A stretch of DNA of 64,000 bases from Eledone cirrhosa (GCA_964016885.1 OZ024740.1:277884001-277948000), one strand, 5' to 3'. Numbered from the stretch's first letter, positions 37,869 to 50,601 are shown. Notes: generated by a model from the letters alone, not told the origin. Translations and numbers: made by a program.

Positions 37869-37875
<7 letters not shown>
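34947..37875 (-). mobile_element. Large fold-back, microsatellite-rich insertion, probably a non-autonomous PLE
   Basis: 35015-35662 is inverted at 36915-37875 (interrupted by 37308-37545); a diverged tandem copy of the terminus lies at 36270-36372; one-sided tail at 34947-35014. Confidence 0.7.
37308..37545 (-). mobile_element. Fold-back element family A, copy 1
   Basis: 78 bp tail plus arms TAGGAACCAG...CTGGAC and its complement; inside (TA)n. Confidence 0.85.
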
Positions 37876-37914
<39 letters not shown>

Positions 37915-37916
<2 letters not shown>

Positions 37917-38126
37917 CGGCGGAATACTGGAAGGTAATATCCGTAGTGGTAGAGCACTCAGTCCATGGGATGAGTTAGGTAGAAGTGGTTACACGACAGT
38001 TAGTTCCCCATACGAGAACAATTGTTTCACCTTAGTGGATCCTCAGCTCGGAAAACCGAGCTGAGGATCCGCTAAGGTGAAACAATTGTTCTCGGTATGC
38101 TGAACTAACTGTCGTGTAACCACTTC

Positions 38127-38128
<2 letters not shown>
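37915..38128 (-). mobile_element. Fold-back insertion of a Hydra-like PLE terminus
   Basis: Arms 37980-38051 and 38056-38128 with AAAA loop; tail 37915-37979; the arm matches 45154-45232. Confidence 0.85.
38056..38095 (+). ncRNA. Minimal hammerhead motif (mirror copy at 38012-38051, minus strand)
   Basis: CCGAG-CUGAGGA-UCC(GCUAA)GGU-GAAAC-AAUU-GUU^CUCGG; palindromic AACAAUUGUU stem III; 5 bp stem I. Confidence 0.8.
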
Positions 38129-38184
<56 letters not shown>

Positions 38185-38921
38185 TATATATGTGTGTGGG
38201 TGTGTGTGTATATATATGTATATGCCTGTATATGTGTCTGTGTATATATATATGCACCCAAGTGTGTGTGTGTTTGTGTGTGTGTCTGTGTCTGTAAGTG
38301 TAGATAATGTAATATCAAGTTTTATTCTGTACATTTAATTCTACAAATTAAGCAATTCCTCTAAACCTGAGATAAAGTATATATTCAAATAATTGCGCGG
38401 AGATTCATGCTCTCATCTGCAAAGAATCCTCAAGTCGCTTTCTCGGCAGAGAGAATACATCTCCGGTAATTTAATTTGTTAGAATTTGTTGCGTTTTTTT
38501 GCTAACATATGAACGGCGACATGGTCTTCAAACTATTGGGTTCTTGTACGTCTACGTTGAATCACACTCAACAGCTCTATTAAGATTAGTATTGTAGTGC
38601 TGATACTTGTGTCGACATTTTGAAATTATTTCTGTCTTTGGAGTTTAGATATATTTTGTTTTATTGAGCAGTATGCATGATGCAGAAGGGCAATATAAAC
38701 TTGATTATATTATAGTTATCTATATCAACTTCTTTCAAATACCTAATAGGTGTACTTACCTCCAAAACTAAATATAATGGATGCCAACTGCCGTTCGCTC
38801 CTATTCAAGCATAGAAACATTCACCAAAGTGCTATTTCTTACAATATACATATAACGATATCAAGGCAATGGTTTAGCAATATATGTTAAAGGATGTTTT
38901 ATGCATGTCTTCCTAACATTT

Positions 38922-39101
38922 TGGCAGTATCGGTAGAGGGTCGGAGGCCATGCTTTGACGTATAGAGTTACTGTCCTTGCCATTCTGAGTTCAAATCCCG
39001 CCGAGGTTAACTTTGCCTTTCATCCTTACAGGGTCGATAAAATAAAGTACCAGTAATGCACTGGTTAATTGCTGGCCTTGTGCCAAACGTAGAAATAATT
39101 A
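38922..39101 (+). mobile_element. SINE family S
   Basis: Matches the consensus, lacking about 10 nt at the 5' end. Confidence 0.9.
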
Positions 39102-39323
39102 TCTACGATTCTCGCATGTTTTCTCAATATACTGTTCAGTGATTTGTAAAGTTTAAGTTTTGAAAATATCTGTATAGATGTAAAGATCGAATAACTCCCA
39201 TAGAATATTCCCCATTCGGTAAGGAACCAGCCTGTTGCCTAACATAATGTTGTGTAATATCGATTGTATGTACCTGTATACAGCAACCAGTTATATAGCT
39301 CGCTCACAAATTGTTAGTATATA

Positions 39324-39408
<85 letters not shown>

Positions 39409-39487
39409 AGTTATATTTAAATTGTTGGGTTAACAACGAGTAAATATTTATAACTGATATAAAAGCACTCAACAAGTATTTGGAGTA

Positions 39488-39552
39488 TATTTATGTCTGA
39501 AGAAGGCATAACATTGTTAATATGATATCCCTGAAATATATATAACGAAATA
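39488..39552 (+). ncRNA. Minimal hammerhead motif, same family as 21337-21402
   Basis: GU-CUGAAGA-AGG..CCU-GAAAUAUAUAUA^ACGAAAUA; the downstream ~40 bp are nearly identical to 21403-21442. Confidence 0.7.
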
Positions 39553-39592
39553 AATATGGTTTTATAAATATAGTTTCCATTTATTTAATATC

Positions 39593-39623
<31 letters not shown>

Positions 39624-39761
39624 AGAGTGTGTGTATATATAAAAATATGTATGTATATATATATATATATTAGGAAAATAACAAAAATTTAGAAAATGCT
39701 AATAGGATTTTCTCATAGGATAACAACAAAACACATTTTTTAAAGTAATAGACACACACAT

Positions 39762-39804
<43 letters not shown>

Positions 39805-39822
39805 CACACACACACACACACA

Positions 39823-39936
<114 letters not shown>

Positions 39937-40746
39937 TATATGTATATATATATATATATTTATGAATTCGTATATGTGTGTTCCTGTGTTTGTCTGTGTG
40001 TTTATATTCATATGGTTGTCTCTGTATATATGTATGAACATACATAAAATACATTTCCTTATATATATATCAGGTTTGAAAGAGCTCCTTATACGTTTCG
40101 ATTGACTAACCCCTTAAAAACTAGATTTGAGTACTTTAGAATAAATACTAGCGACGCAGAAGGTAATATGTATATATATATATATACAAAGAAGGATTGT
40201 ATATACGCAGCCGATCTTGGAATCTCACAAAGCGTTGACAAGATAAAGTTGATATAAAGAATGTTGTTGTCATGCAATGAGATGTTATAAAATAGCTCAT
40301 AAAATAATGTGAAAGCCTTTAAACGATGACAAAATAAGTTGCCATCGACCAATGGCAACTTTTTGTAGCGTCGTTTTAGTCTCTCGACCCGATTTTATAG
40401 GCCATTTTATAGCATGTCCCTGCATGACCATATCCTTTCATAAATAAATATACATATATGTATGTGTGTGTATGTGTTTATGTGTGTATATTCACGTGCA
40501 TGTTAGAGATTGTGTGTATATGTGCGTCAATGTATATACGAATGTGGATTCATAAATTACATATGTCTATAACAAACTATTCGGGAAAAGTAAACCAACA
40601 GCTTTCTCATTGATTAGAACTTTAGGTCTTGAAAACATTGACAAAGTTATGAACTGAGGAATAGTGTTCCTCAAAACTAACTGTTTGGGTCGAATTCGAA
40701 AATATGAGAAGATTCTAATAAAAAAGATATGTTCTCTATACATAAA

Positions 40747-40811
<65 letters not shown>

Positions 40812-40812
<1 letters not shown>

Positions 40813-40955
40813 CAAAGAGGGTGTGGTAAGATACGATGTGGACCATAACGCACCAGAGTACTCAATAGTAGAGTGGGTAATAGGAAAAGAGTCAGGACTC
40901 CGTGGGCTGAGCTCCGGCCGTTTCGAGAGCTGTCGGGGCCCTGACTCTTTTCCTA
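40812..40955 (-). mobile_element. Fold-back element family A, copy 2
   Basis: Same tail (GTGGACCATAACGCACC..AGTAGAGTGGGTAA) and TAGGAAAAGAGTCAGG/CCTGACTCTTTTCCTA arms. Confidence 0.85.
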
Positions 40956-41039
40956 TATATATCGACAGTCGATCGACTTTCGTCAGATCGGACCGAGGAA
41001 ACAATGTTTCCATGGGTCTTTCCAATTGCTAATACTATC

Positions 41040-41148
41040 TATAATTGTTGTTTCGTATGAAATGTAATAAGTTCTCTTTGTCATTGAAGTAAATAAATAT
41101 TTGACCGTTCCACACTAAAAAAACAAACGTTCTCTCTCTCTCTCCCTC

Positions 41149-41183
<35 letters not shown>

Positions 41184-41432
41184 GTTTAAAGGGAGTAGAG
41201 AGACGTAATCAGATTCTATTAGAAGGGTAAAGCGTCATGTATTTAGTTGTATCGATTATTTCCGTAATTGTGGGTGAGAATGAATGAAATAATTAGTCGT
41301 TGACCTAAGTTAGACCATTTACAACATTCTCACAGACTTTGAGTCGAATCGGTTGAAATTGTGCAAATGTATAAACATGGAACATGCACACACACACAGC
41401 AACAACAACAATCTCCCTTTTATAGATAATGA
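41040..41432 (-). mobile_element. Probable non-autonomous Helitron 5' portion
   Basis: A|TC start in (TA)n, TATAAAAG, (GT)n and TCAACCGATTCGACTCAAAG, typical of Helitron-N 5' ends; left limit uncertain. Confidence 0.45.
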
Positions 41433-43212
41433 TATATATATATATATATATATATACATACATACATACATACATACATACATACATACATACATACATA
41501 CATACATACATACATACATACATACATACATACACACACGTTATATAAAATTGATACTTTATGACTCTTAAAGTAACCCTTGTGGAGTCTTACATCTGTT
41601 CATCGTCACAGACTTCATAAGACTTGCTTCAAATGCTTCAAATAGCAATTTTATAGAGAATTTTCATATTTCGCATCAATTTTTTAATGAAACTCTAGAC
41701 TTTATTAAATTATATACGAGATACAAACATTCTCAAAATATTTTAGCCGACAGAAATAGGGTGAAACGTTCCGAATGAACATTCAACCGAAGCAGTTTTT
41801 GAATTTAGCAAATTGGAAATAAACCTTGATAGATACAGAAATGTATGCGTGCTCGAAATCTCATTCTATCAGAAATTATTACTAGTTTTATACTGCATTT
41901 TATTGGTACTATCAGTCAATGTAATTGAAATACACCTTGGCCAGCATCCTTTTACAAAAAGAGTACCTTAGAAAATGTAATCTTAGATAATTTAGCATCT
42001 TCTGATATAGGCCTACTCCATCAGATCGTGCTTGTTCTCTACACTAATAGGAACAATGTCGCAAATATACAAGTAATTAGGAATATTCCATTCACAAGTG
42101 GTGCAGTTGGTGTAAATTCAAACTAGGTCTCATATATTCCAAGGAAGTTAGCATATGGTCCCTTGACATGCTAGCATTAGTGATGAAATTCAAATGATAA
42201 TCTAACATGAAAGAATTCACTGGACTAGGTAGTTCCTGAAGATATGCTATGGTGGGATGGAGATGATTTGAATCCTTTTGGTCGTATATATGCTCGATTA
42301 GAACTGACTTGAGGCTAAATAGCATCGACATCACAGTGCTTACCAGGTGACATTTAATACTGGTTTTTAGCGAAGTAGAATGCTAATATTTTATATGGAG
42401 AGAAGAGTGGTTAAACAGAGTATGAAGTATGTTTTGGGGGTTTATTTTGCTTCCAGCGAAGGAATGTTATCTGCATGAAATCCATGATTTTCCCAAACAA
42501 AGCAATGGGAACTGTAGGAAACTCAAATGGCTAACGACAATTTATTCAAAGTATAAATAAAATGTAATTGGAAAGATCAGTTTTATCTCTTTGGTAGGAT
42601 ATTGCTGTCGACATTATGACGCGTATAACTAAGCATGTTAGATAGAATATATAATTTAAAAAATAACTCATAAATAATATCAATATTCTAAACATTTTGT
42701 CGTAACGATTTCTTAGATATTCAAGGCAATTGTTTTAAAAAAGTGGTGGATGGAAGTTTTGATGTGATCATTTTTAGTAGCCATTTGTAATTGCATTCGA
42801 AAAAGAATTGAACCGGTTTTCATACCAATGAAGATAAATTCAATTGCACATATCACACTCTAAATGATGTTTTATTTATCAACAAGATGAACGACTGTAT
42901 GAATTGGGAGTAATTTAACCAGACAATTGTCCGCCACGCGTAGGTGTATTTCCACTAGTATTGTTTGAGATTATATATAGTGAATCAGAACGCAGTGTTT
43001 TGTTTTGGTTATAAGTAAGGGCACTTTAACTTTACAGGGTATTTGATTCAGCATTGAATGATTCTATTTACTAGTTGTAACATTGAATTTTACTTCTGAT
43101 GAACCGAGTCAATAATTTGGTTTTGAATCATAATTAGTTGGAATAATTTCATATTTCATATGTTCTTAATGACATTGAGAAATACATACACACCATTATG
43201 TTCACACATAAA

Positions 43213-43397
43213 GGGCGGTGGATTGGCAGTATCGGTAGAGGGTCGGACGCCATGCTTTCCAGCATAGTTACGTCCCTTTACGATCTGAGTTCAAATCCCG
43301 CCGAGGTTGACTTTGCCTTTCATCCTTACGGGGTCGATAAAATAAAGTACCAGTAATGAACTGGGTAATTGCTGGCCTTGTGCCTAAAGTAGAAACA
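43213..43397 (+). mobile_element. SINE family S, full length, 18 bp TSD
   Basis: A box TGGCAGTATCGG, B box GAGTTCAAATCCC, central GCCTTTCATCCTTACGGGGTCGATAAAATAAAGTACCAG; TSD ATTATGTTCACACATAAA at 43195-43212 and 43398-43415. Confidence 0.95.
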
Positions 43398-43668
43398 ATT
43401 ATGTTCACACATAAAATATCTAAAACTTTGTACTGGTGAATTTAGTTGGCATTTTCTAAGACGAAAGAAATTTCAATCTCACTGATTATTAACTCTACTT
43501 ACTGTTCATATATATATATATAAATGTGTGTGTGTGTGTTCGTTGTGTTCGTTCCGACACACCCATTGAGCTCAAGTCCTGCCGAGTTCAATGTTTATTT
43601 TTATTCTTTCGAGGTCGAAAAAATTATTGAAATCAATTCTTTCTCTATATCTCTTTGTCATTGCCCTA

Positions 43669-43734
<66 letters not shown>

Positions 43735-44230
43735 CTTTCTCACTTTGGGAAAACTCGGATGGGTTCAGACATGGAATAGGATGGGCTTCACTAGAATTTT
43801 GGAAACGCCCATCAGGATATATTTGTCAGTGTATATAAGTATGTAAGTATGTATGTATGTATATATACATGTAGCTATCTCATGTCTGTTTACTACCTAC
43901 CATTTCCAGCACTTTATAGCACGACTCATATGAACGAATTTACCAAGAGCACACCTTTCTTTACATAAACGTTATTCCCGCAGAGAGATCGGCTTCGTAT
44001 ACACATTGTTTGTTGACATTGAAAAGCTGTGGTTCAGCTATCTAATTTCAGACAGTAAGAGTTTTCACGATCCCTTGACCTAATCGTTTAAAGCATCAGG
44101 CAGGTATCTGGGAAATATTGGGTTCGATTCCTCATAGTCACCGATGACAACTTCTTTTTCCGTCTTTAAGGGTCTTCACCCTATTTTATAAGTTACTTTA
44201 TAGTATCCTCGTGCATGACCTCACCATTCT

Positions 44231-44263
<33 letters not shown>

Positions 44264-44419
44264 GGGGGTTGTGTATGTGTGTGAGTATGTGTTTGTATAT
44301 GTGTGGGGGTGAAAGAGGGAGAGTGTTATGAATTGTCGAAGAGCTTACCTTAAGTTTATTTGAAATTTGAAAATGTGGGAATCCAAACGCAGAAAATAAG
44401 TGTAACCACAAACAGTCGT

Positions 44420-44630
44420 GATTTCTAGTATAGGCACAAGGCCAGTAAATTGGGGAATGGGAAAATCGATTAAATCGACCCCAGTGCGTGAGTGGTATTT
44501 TATTTTATCGACCCGTAAGTGTCAAAGGCAAAGTTAACCTTAGTGGGATTTGAACTCAGATCATAAAGGGCCGTAACTTTATACTGCAAAGCATGGAATC
44601 CGACCCTCTACGGATACTGCCAATCCACCA
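44420..44630 (-). mobile_element. SINE family S, long variant
   Basis: Matches 22416-22590. Confidence 0.85.
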
Positions 44631-44720
44631 GCATAATCGTTATGGATAATAGCTTCAATCGTTATTAATAATAGCCTTAAATGATAGAATGTGGTCAGCC
44701 GCCGGGCGATGGCAATTATG

Positions 44721-44760
<40 letters not shown>

Positions 44761-44921
44761 TTAATAACTCATATAGATACCCTACAATTGATATGATATG
44801 TATGAGAAATCTTGTAAGATCCCATATGATTCAGGTTGAATGATATATAACATTTGTGGTGTAATCTACCCTCGTAATTTTAGACACGGGTTTACTGTGT
44901 TTACTTCTACACATATCATTA

Positions 44922-44969
<48 letters not shown>

Positions 44970-44975
<6 letters not shown>

Positions 44976-45102
44976 TAGCCGTCGAAACGGCTTGAGCTCA
45001 GCTGTCGGGGTCTTACTGGTTCCTATTACCCACTCTACTACCTCAAGTATTGAGTACTTTGGTGCGTTATGGTCCACCTGGTTCCTTACCACATTTCCTC
45101 CG

Positions 45103-45103
<1 letters not shown>
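44970..45103 (+). mobile_element. Family A, copy 3 (single arm plus tail)
   Basis: Near-identical reverse complement of 37308-37441. Confidence 0.85.
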
Positions 45104-45153
<50 letters not shown>

Positions 45154-45155
<2 letters not shown>

Positions 45156-46140
45156 TGGTAACACAACAGTTAGTTCACCATACCGAGAACAATTGTTTCA
45201 CCTTAGCGAGTCCTGAACTCGGACTGGTCATGGTTATACGGAATAGGAAAAACAACCGTATGAACGCGCATGCGCAGAAACGGTCACTTCACCCAAGCGA
45301 TACAATGTCACGGGCGAAAGGTGTAAGAGAGACAACTGCGAAAGTCCGAAAAGTAGTACGAGTTGATAAGAAAATTAGAATTTTGTTGTTATTCAATCCG
45401 GAGCTTTGTAGTTATATAAGAGGTGTTTCCAGATGTGTGGACAACGTGTGAAGATTTCATTTCTTGAATTTAGACAATCGCTATTGCGTAATCTCCTTCT
45501 TTATCCGTTCATCAATGCACAGTCCACAAGACGGATTGCCCCTTGCGTATGGCTTGGATTTAGTGATGGCTTTCCATTGAAAGGAGTAGTCTATACCTGG
45601 GTCCTTGAGGAAACATACGTGGCTCGCGAGTTTCTTGGATGATCGTTTGTCCGGGTACCTAAAGATCGACTGATGATTCAGGAAACGTTCCTTAAATCGG
45701 CCCTCCGCCATACCCACATAGGATTTGACCTCACGTTGTTCATTTGCTCGGTTGGAAGTGACCACAGCTTCATAAACTACAGCGGGTGTATTGCATTGCT
45801 GTTGAAGGGGACAAGCTTCAGGCTTTCGGCAAGAGCATTCTGGTGGAGTGCTGCTCTTAGCCGTGTTGGTTAGGTGGGCCTTCATATTCTTAGCGCTGGA
45901 GTACCCTAGTTTTTACTCTGTGTCTGTTAAAGAGGGAGCGATATTTGTGATATGGGAAAGTCTCTAACAGGGCTAAACATGGTTTTCCTGCATGAGTTTT
46001 AACGTTGAGTGAGAAGGGAAGAGAGAACCAGATAGTTTGTCTATTATTACGATCTTTTCTTATTGCTGTTGTTGTTAGTGGGGGAGTACGTAATTGGTTG
46101 GAGGAAGCCGTTGTTAGCAAACGCCTTGTTATAGTACGGT
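45154..46140 (-). mobile_element. 3' fragment of a Hydra-clade-like PLE (GIY-YIG and pLTR)
   Basis: IWF..PFSLNVKT..GK; CSCR....CPL...C....VVYEA.V...YVG.....FKERF.NH...F, W.......Y......C.LC..E; degenerate HHR at 45183-45222. Confidence 0.8.
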
Positions 46141-46162
46141 TATATATATATATATATATATA

Positions 46163-47239
46163 TTTGTGTGTTTGTTGTTATTGTGCTTGTGTATATATTT
46201 ATTTATTTATTTATATTTCTCTTAAGTCAGTATTGTTTGTTTGTGTGTTTTTATTCCATTCATTTTTTCTGTTTAGCTTTGGCCTTCTAAGTTATATTTC
46301 ACTTGCCTCTCTGATTTGCCTATCTGCTGGGTCATTTCTATGTTTAGATATTATTTTAATTTCTATGTTATCTATGTTACCGTCATGTTGTTGTCTGGCG
46401 TGTTCGTATAATATTGAACCGTTTTTTCGTCCTTTTAGTTACCCAATAGTGTTGTGCTATCCTTTCTCCTATGCTCCGAGCTGTCTCGCCTATGTATGTT
46501 GTTGTCACGTTTCTAGAAGTACCCTTTTTACATCTTATGTAATCTACGTTTCTAGTTTTACAGTTTATCCGGGGTTTCACTTTACATAAAATACATTTCG
46601 TATTAGTACAGTGGGCTTTCTTAAAAGGGTATGTTTCGCTGATCAGGGATTTTATGGTAGTTCCTGGCTTTTCTACCATTTTAATCTTTAAGTGGGTCTT
46701 TCTCAGGGCCTTTCCACACTGGTTAGCTAATTTGCCTCCAGGGGTAGCGTCCACGAACATGACACTCAGGTATCTCTGGTTGTCGTACCATGAGGTGGCT
46801 TTCTTTGTCCTATGTTTAGTCCTATCTAAGCTATTCCATTTTTTGCTCCTGTATAATGGACAAATTCCTTTCATGTCCAGTTCTATGAGGGTATTATACT
46901 TCTCCGTGGCTCCTTCGTATAGTCTGATTCTGTCTCTTTCGTTGTAGCCAGAGAACTGCATGCGGTTGATGAAGTGTTGTATGTGTCTTTCCACTTCTGT
47001 TAGGTCGCACATGCGGGACACGTTCCTCATCACTCGTACCAAGTCTGTGATCAGAATATTAAAATTAGCACTACTGGACATTGCTGAGTTTTTGAGTATC
47101 AGGTATTCGGAGGACATGGGTTTAGCGTAGTGTGAGTAGAGAATTTGGGCCCTCTCGTCTATAGTGTTAATCCAGAGTTCCGTGTCTAATACAGGTAGTC
47201 TACTGTTAGGGTGTTTGGAAGGGTAGTCGATAGTTACAC
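46163..47239 (-). pseudogene. Second, degenerate copy of the Nematis-like PLE (thumb and GIY-YIG)
   Basis: ORF 46383-47243 aligns to 31690-32720 with frameshifts. Confidence 0.92.
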
Positions 47240-47241
47240 AC

Positions 47242-47859
47242 ATCTGTGTGTTTCTAAATATATTGTTAATAACTCCCTCTGGTCGAGCAATCTTTGAGGT
47301 GTGGGGACAGCCGGAAAGCTTCCATTACTCATACTTCTCGCCTTCTTCACCACCTCTTCTACGGCCTCGATATAAATACCCCTCCGCCTCCGTGGTATTT
47401 TCTTCGGGGTTATAAGAGGCTTAGCTCTGTTTCTCGACCGTTATATCGCGTGACTATCTCCCCCTCCGCCTTTTGGGATTCTTTCTCACGTCGTGTAGAC
47501 GCGTTCTTGAGACTAGTAAAATGAGGTATCCTCTTGATAAGTCGGCAGACCTCGCAAGGACTCTATATCTTTATGATATATTGTTTTTGTTTATGCCACG
47601 AAACTACGTAGTCGAGGAATTTAGGAGCAGTTTAGGTATGATACATTTTATTACTAATTATATCTAAATGTTTCTTCTCTCTTCATAATGTATTTTTAAC
47701 TCTGATACTGGTTCAGTCTAGTTCAACTGAATTGGTCTGTCCCAGTCATTCATTGAGCAACATCGGTGAAGTTGGCACCCTTAACTCACAGTTGGGTGCG
47801 GATGCATTCATGTATATATGTGTGTGTCCGCATGTATCTGTGTGTTTCTAAATATATTG

Positions 47860-47862
<3 letters not shown>
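47242..47862. repeat. 594 bp unit bounded by a 27 bp direct repeat
   Basis: ATCTGTGTGTTTCTAAATATATTGTTA at 47242-47268 and 47836-47862. Confidence 0.7.
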
Positions 47863-47913
<51 letters not shown>

Positions 47914-48147
47914 AATTAATAAAAACAATGAATAAAAAAAAGTTCTTCTAATTCTATGATGGCACGATATACTTAATTATTGTCTATTATTTAATAGGAT
48001 ATCCTTAGATTTCATTATTTCAAAAAGTTCTTGGGATCATAATCTACACACTAACGTGACACTTTTCCTGATGAAAGTCATGGACATGTAGATTATCCAT
48101 GGTCATCGACCCACAGTAATAAGACCGGAAAGAGGACGCAGACTAGA

Positions 48148-48276
<129 letters not shown>

Positions 48277-48459
48277 CATCCGTCTGGGAAGAGATATATT
48301 TGATATATCTCATATGAAATAATACAACCAATTTTCCAAACAATACAATTAGTTAGCGCCCCGAACGTTTAATTAGGAATATACTCACTTATTTCCTAAT
48401 GCGTGTTGAGTGAGTTGGGATTTGGCCGGAGTATCGCTATTAGCTTCCTCCGATAATGC

Positions 48460-48513
<54 letters not shown>

Positions 48514-48584
48514 TCTAGTCCTCTTTCCGGTCTTATTACTGAGAGTCGATGACCGTGGATAATATATATATATATACATATATA

Positions 48585-48958
48585 GTTGCAGAAGATAAGT
48601 TACTTATACGTGATTGTTTCTTTGTAACTCCGTGTGAATAAGCCGGCCCGAGCGATCCAAAAGCACTTCACGTCAGTAGTTTATCCCAGCTAAGGGGTGG
48701 TGATTCCGAGTGACGGAGTATTCGTTTATCAAATATGAGTTGTTAAGACGTTTTATTTCACCATAATTGCCTTACTGCATGATATATATTTCTGTTACAT
48801 GGTTATGCATGTGACTTCATCAGATGCTTAAATATCATAGGTATATTTATGCAATAATGGGGATATGTCGCTGGAATATATTACCTTCCTTTTGCGATGT
48901 CAGCAGACATACAATAAAGCAATTGTGGTGAAATAACCCCGTCTTAACTAAACTTATA
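48585..48958 (-). mobile_element. Fold-back PLE-type insertion containing a hammerhead
   Basis: 48734-48774 is inverted at 48915-48958; tail at 48585-48733; TA flanks. Confidence 0.7.
48777..48827 (-). ncRNA. Minimal type I hammerhead motif
   Basis: GCAU-CUGAUGA-A-GUCACAUG(CAUAAC)CAUGUAAC-A-GAAAU-AUAU-AUC^AUGC. Confidence 0.8.
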
Positions 48959-48970
48959 TATATATATATA

Positions 48971-49170
48971 TCAAAAGAGTCAGGATACCGACGGCTGAGC
49001 TCCGGCTGTTTCGACAGCTAGATCCAAACCCGTTCGGATCTAGCTGTCGAAACGGCTGGAGCTCAGCCGTCGAGGACTGACTCTTTTCCTATTACCCACT
49101 CTACTACTCTAAGTATCGAGAACTCTGGTGCATTATGGTCCAGCTGGTATCTTACCAAACTGTCTTTGTT
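48971..49170 (+). mobile_element. Fold-back element family A, copy 4
   Basis: Arms around the centre GATCCAAACCCGTTCGGATC; tail on the right. Confidence 0.85.
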
Positions 49171-49957
49171 ATATATATATATATATATATATATATAGAT
49201 GTGTGTGTCTTATGAGCTGTTATTCTTTCAATTATGTAAGAATATGTTAAATGAATTATAAATTGATTCTTTAAGCAATTTTGTTGACCTTTTCACATTT
49301 CTTATATCTCTGTAACTTAACTATTGAAACTTTGAAATATTTATAATTGCTAACGGTTCAGGTGTTACAAAGACATTCACAAGTTTTAGTTGAAATTCTT
49401 CCCTGTGTTCGTATTTCATTCAATGGAATTAAATTATCAATAACATTCAAAATATAAATTGATGCACAAATTATAAAAAAGACACATTGATGCACACACC
49501 TCTGATAAAAATACGTATGCACAGGAATGAAATGCAGCCATATCTCGATCAAATCAAATCTAACATTCTTAAATTCCATGTTTTCGATAATGTTGTCTGG
49601 AAAAAAGCTGCACAGTTAAGCAGAGAAAAACGAATGTTGGGTAATGAGTAGCTACATTTCCATAGAAAATAAATAATCTCAAGGACAAAACTCGGTTAAC
49701 ATTGTATTCTATTGCCTTCTCCCTTTCCTTCGTCTTCTCCCTTTCCCATTGTCACTAAAGGTTTCTCATACACAAGCACACACACTCATACGCACAAACA
49801 ATTTCTCATATGTATCTATTATATTTTGCCTGATGTTTCGTATGGCAACATTATTATCACAGCCAACTTCGTGAAACTTAAGTAGAGTACGAATATAGTA
49901 TTTACCTCTGACATCAGTCTTAATTTCTCTTAATCTGTCGAGATTTCGCCAACTCAC

Positions 49958-50004
<47 letters not shown>

Positions 50005-50007
<3 letters not shown>

Positions 50008-50569
50008 CGTTTCTGAATTTGTTTAGCAAGATTCTTTATCTGAAATCGTGTGTTGAAACCGATATTGTTATACTTTGGGAGGGTCATGTTGCCAATAAGA
50101 AACACACGCACCAGTTGCTTTCACTTCAATTTATTATATATTTATAAATTTACAAATTTACAAATTTATAAATTTCTGGTTGGTTGGTTGGTTCCACAAC
50201 CAGATAGTTGTTTATATATAGTCATAGTCCTTTCGTTACACACGCTGTGACCTCTTCAGTGACTGGGGATTCCTTTCTTTGTTTCTGTGCCTTTCCTTTC
50301 TTCTGTCCTACGCCATTTTGTTTCGTAGCACAGAAGAAAGGAAAGGCACAGAAACAAAGAAAGGAATCCCCAGTCACTGAAGAGGTCACAGAGTGTGTGA
50401 CGAAAGGACTATGACTATATATAAACAACTATCTGGTTGTTGAACCAACCAACCAACCAGAAATTTATAAATTTGTAAATTTGTAAATTTATAAATATAT
50501 AATAAATTGAAGTGAAACATCTGGTGCGTGTGTTTCTTATTGGCAACATGACCCTCCCAAAGTATAACA

Positions 50570-50573
<4 letters not shown>
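50005..50573 (-). mobile_element. Fold-back PLE terminus (250 bp arms) related to the 29.9-33.3 kb element
   Basis: Arms 50062-50312 and 50324-50573; terminus ATGACCCTCCCAAAGTATAACAATAT and tail homologous to 33219-33300. Confidence 0.9.
50372..50416 (+). ncRNA. Minimal hammerhead motif (mirror copy at 50220-50264, minus strand)
   Basis: AGUCA-CUGAAGA-G-GUCACA(GAGUG)UGUGAC-GAAA-GGACUA^UGACU. Confidence 0.82.

Positions 50574-50601
<28 letters not shown>

Noticed and set aside
41900-42900. Possible ancient LINE remnant on the minus strand
   Set aside because: Only faint FLGI-like similarity; not supportable by eye.
43213-43310. tRNA gene
   Set aside because: A and B boxes belong to a SINE head with body, tail and TSD; no clean cloverleaf.
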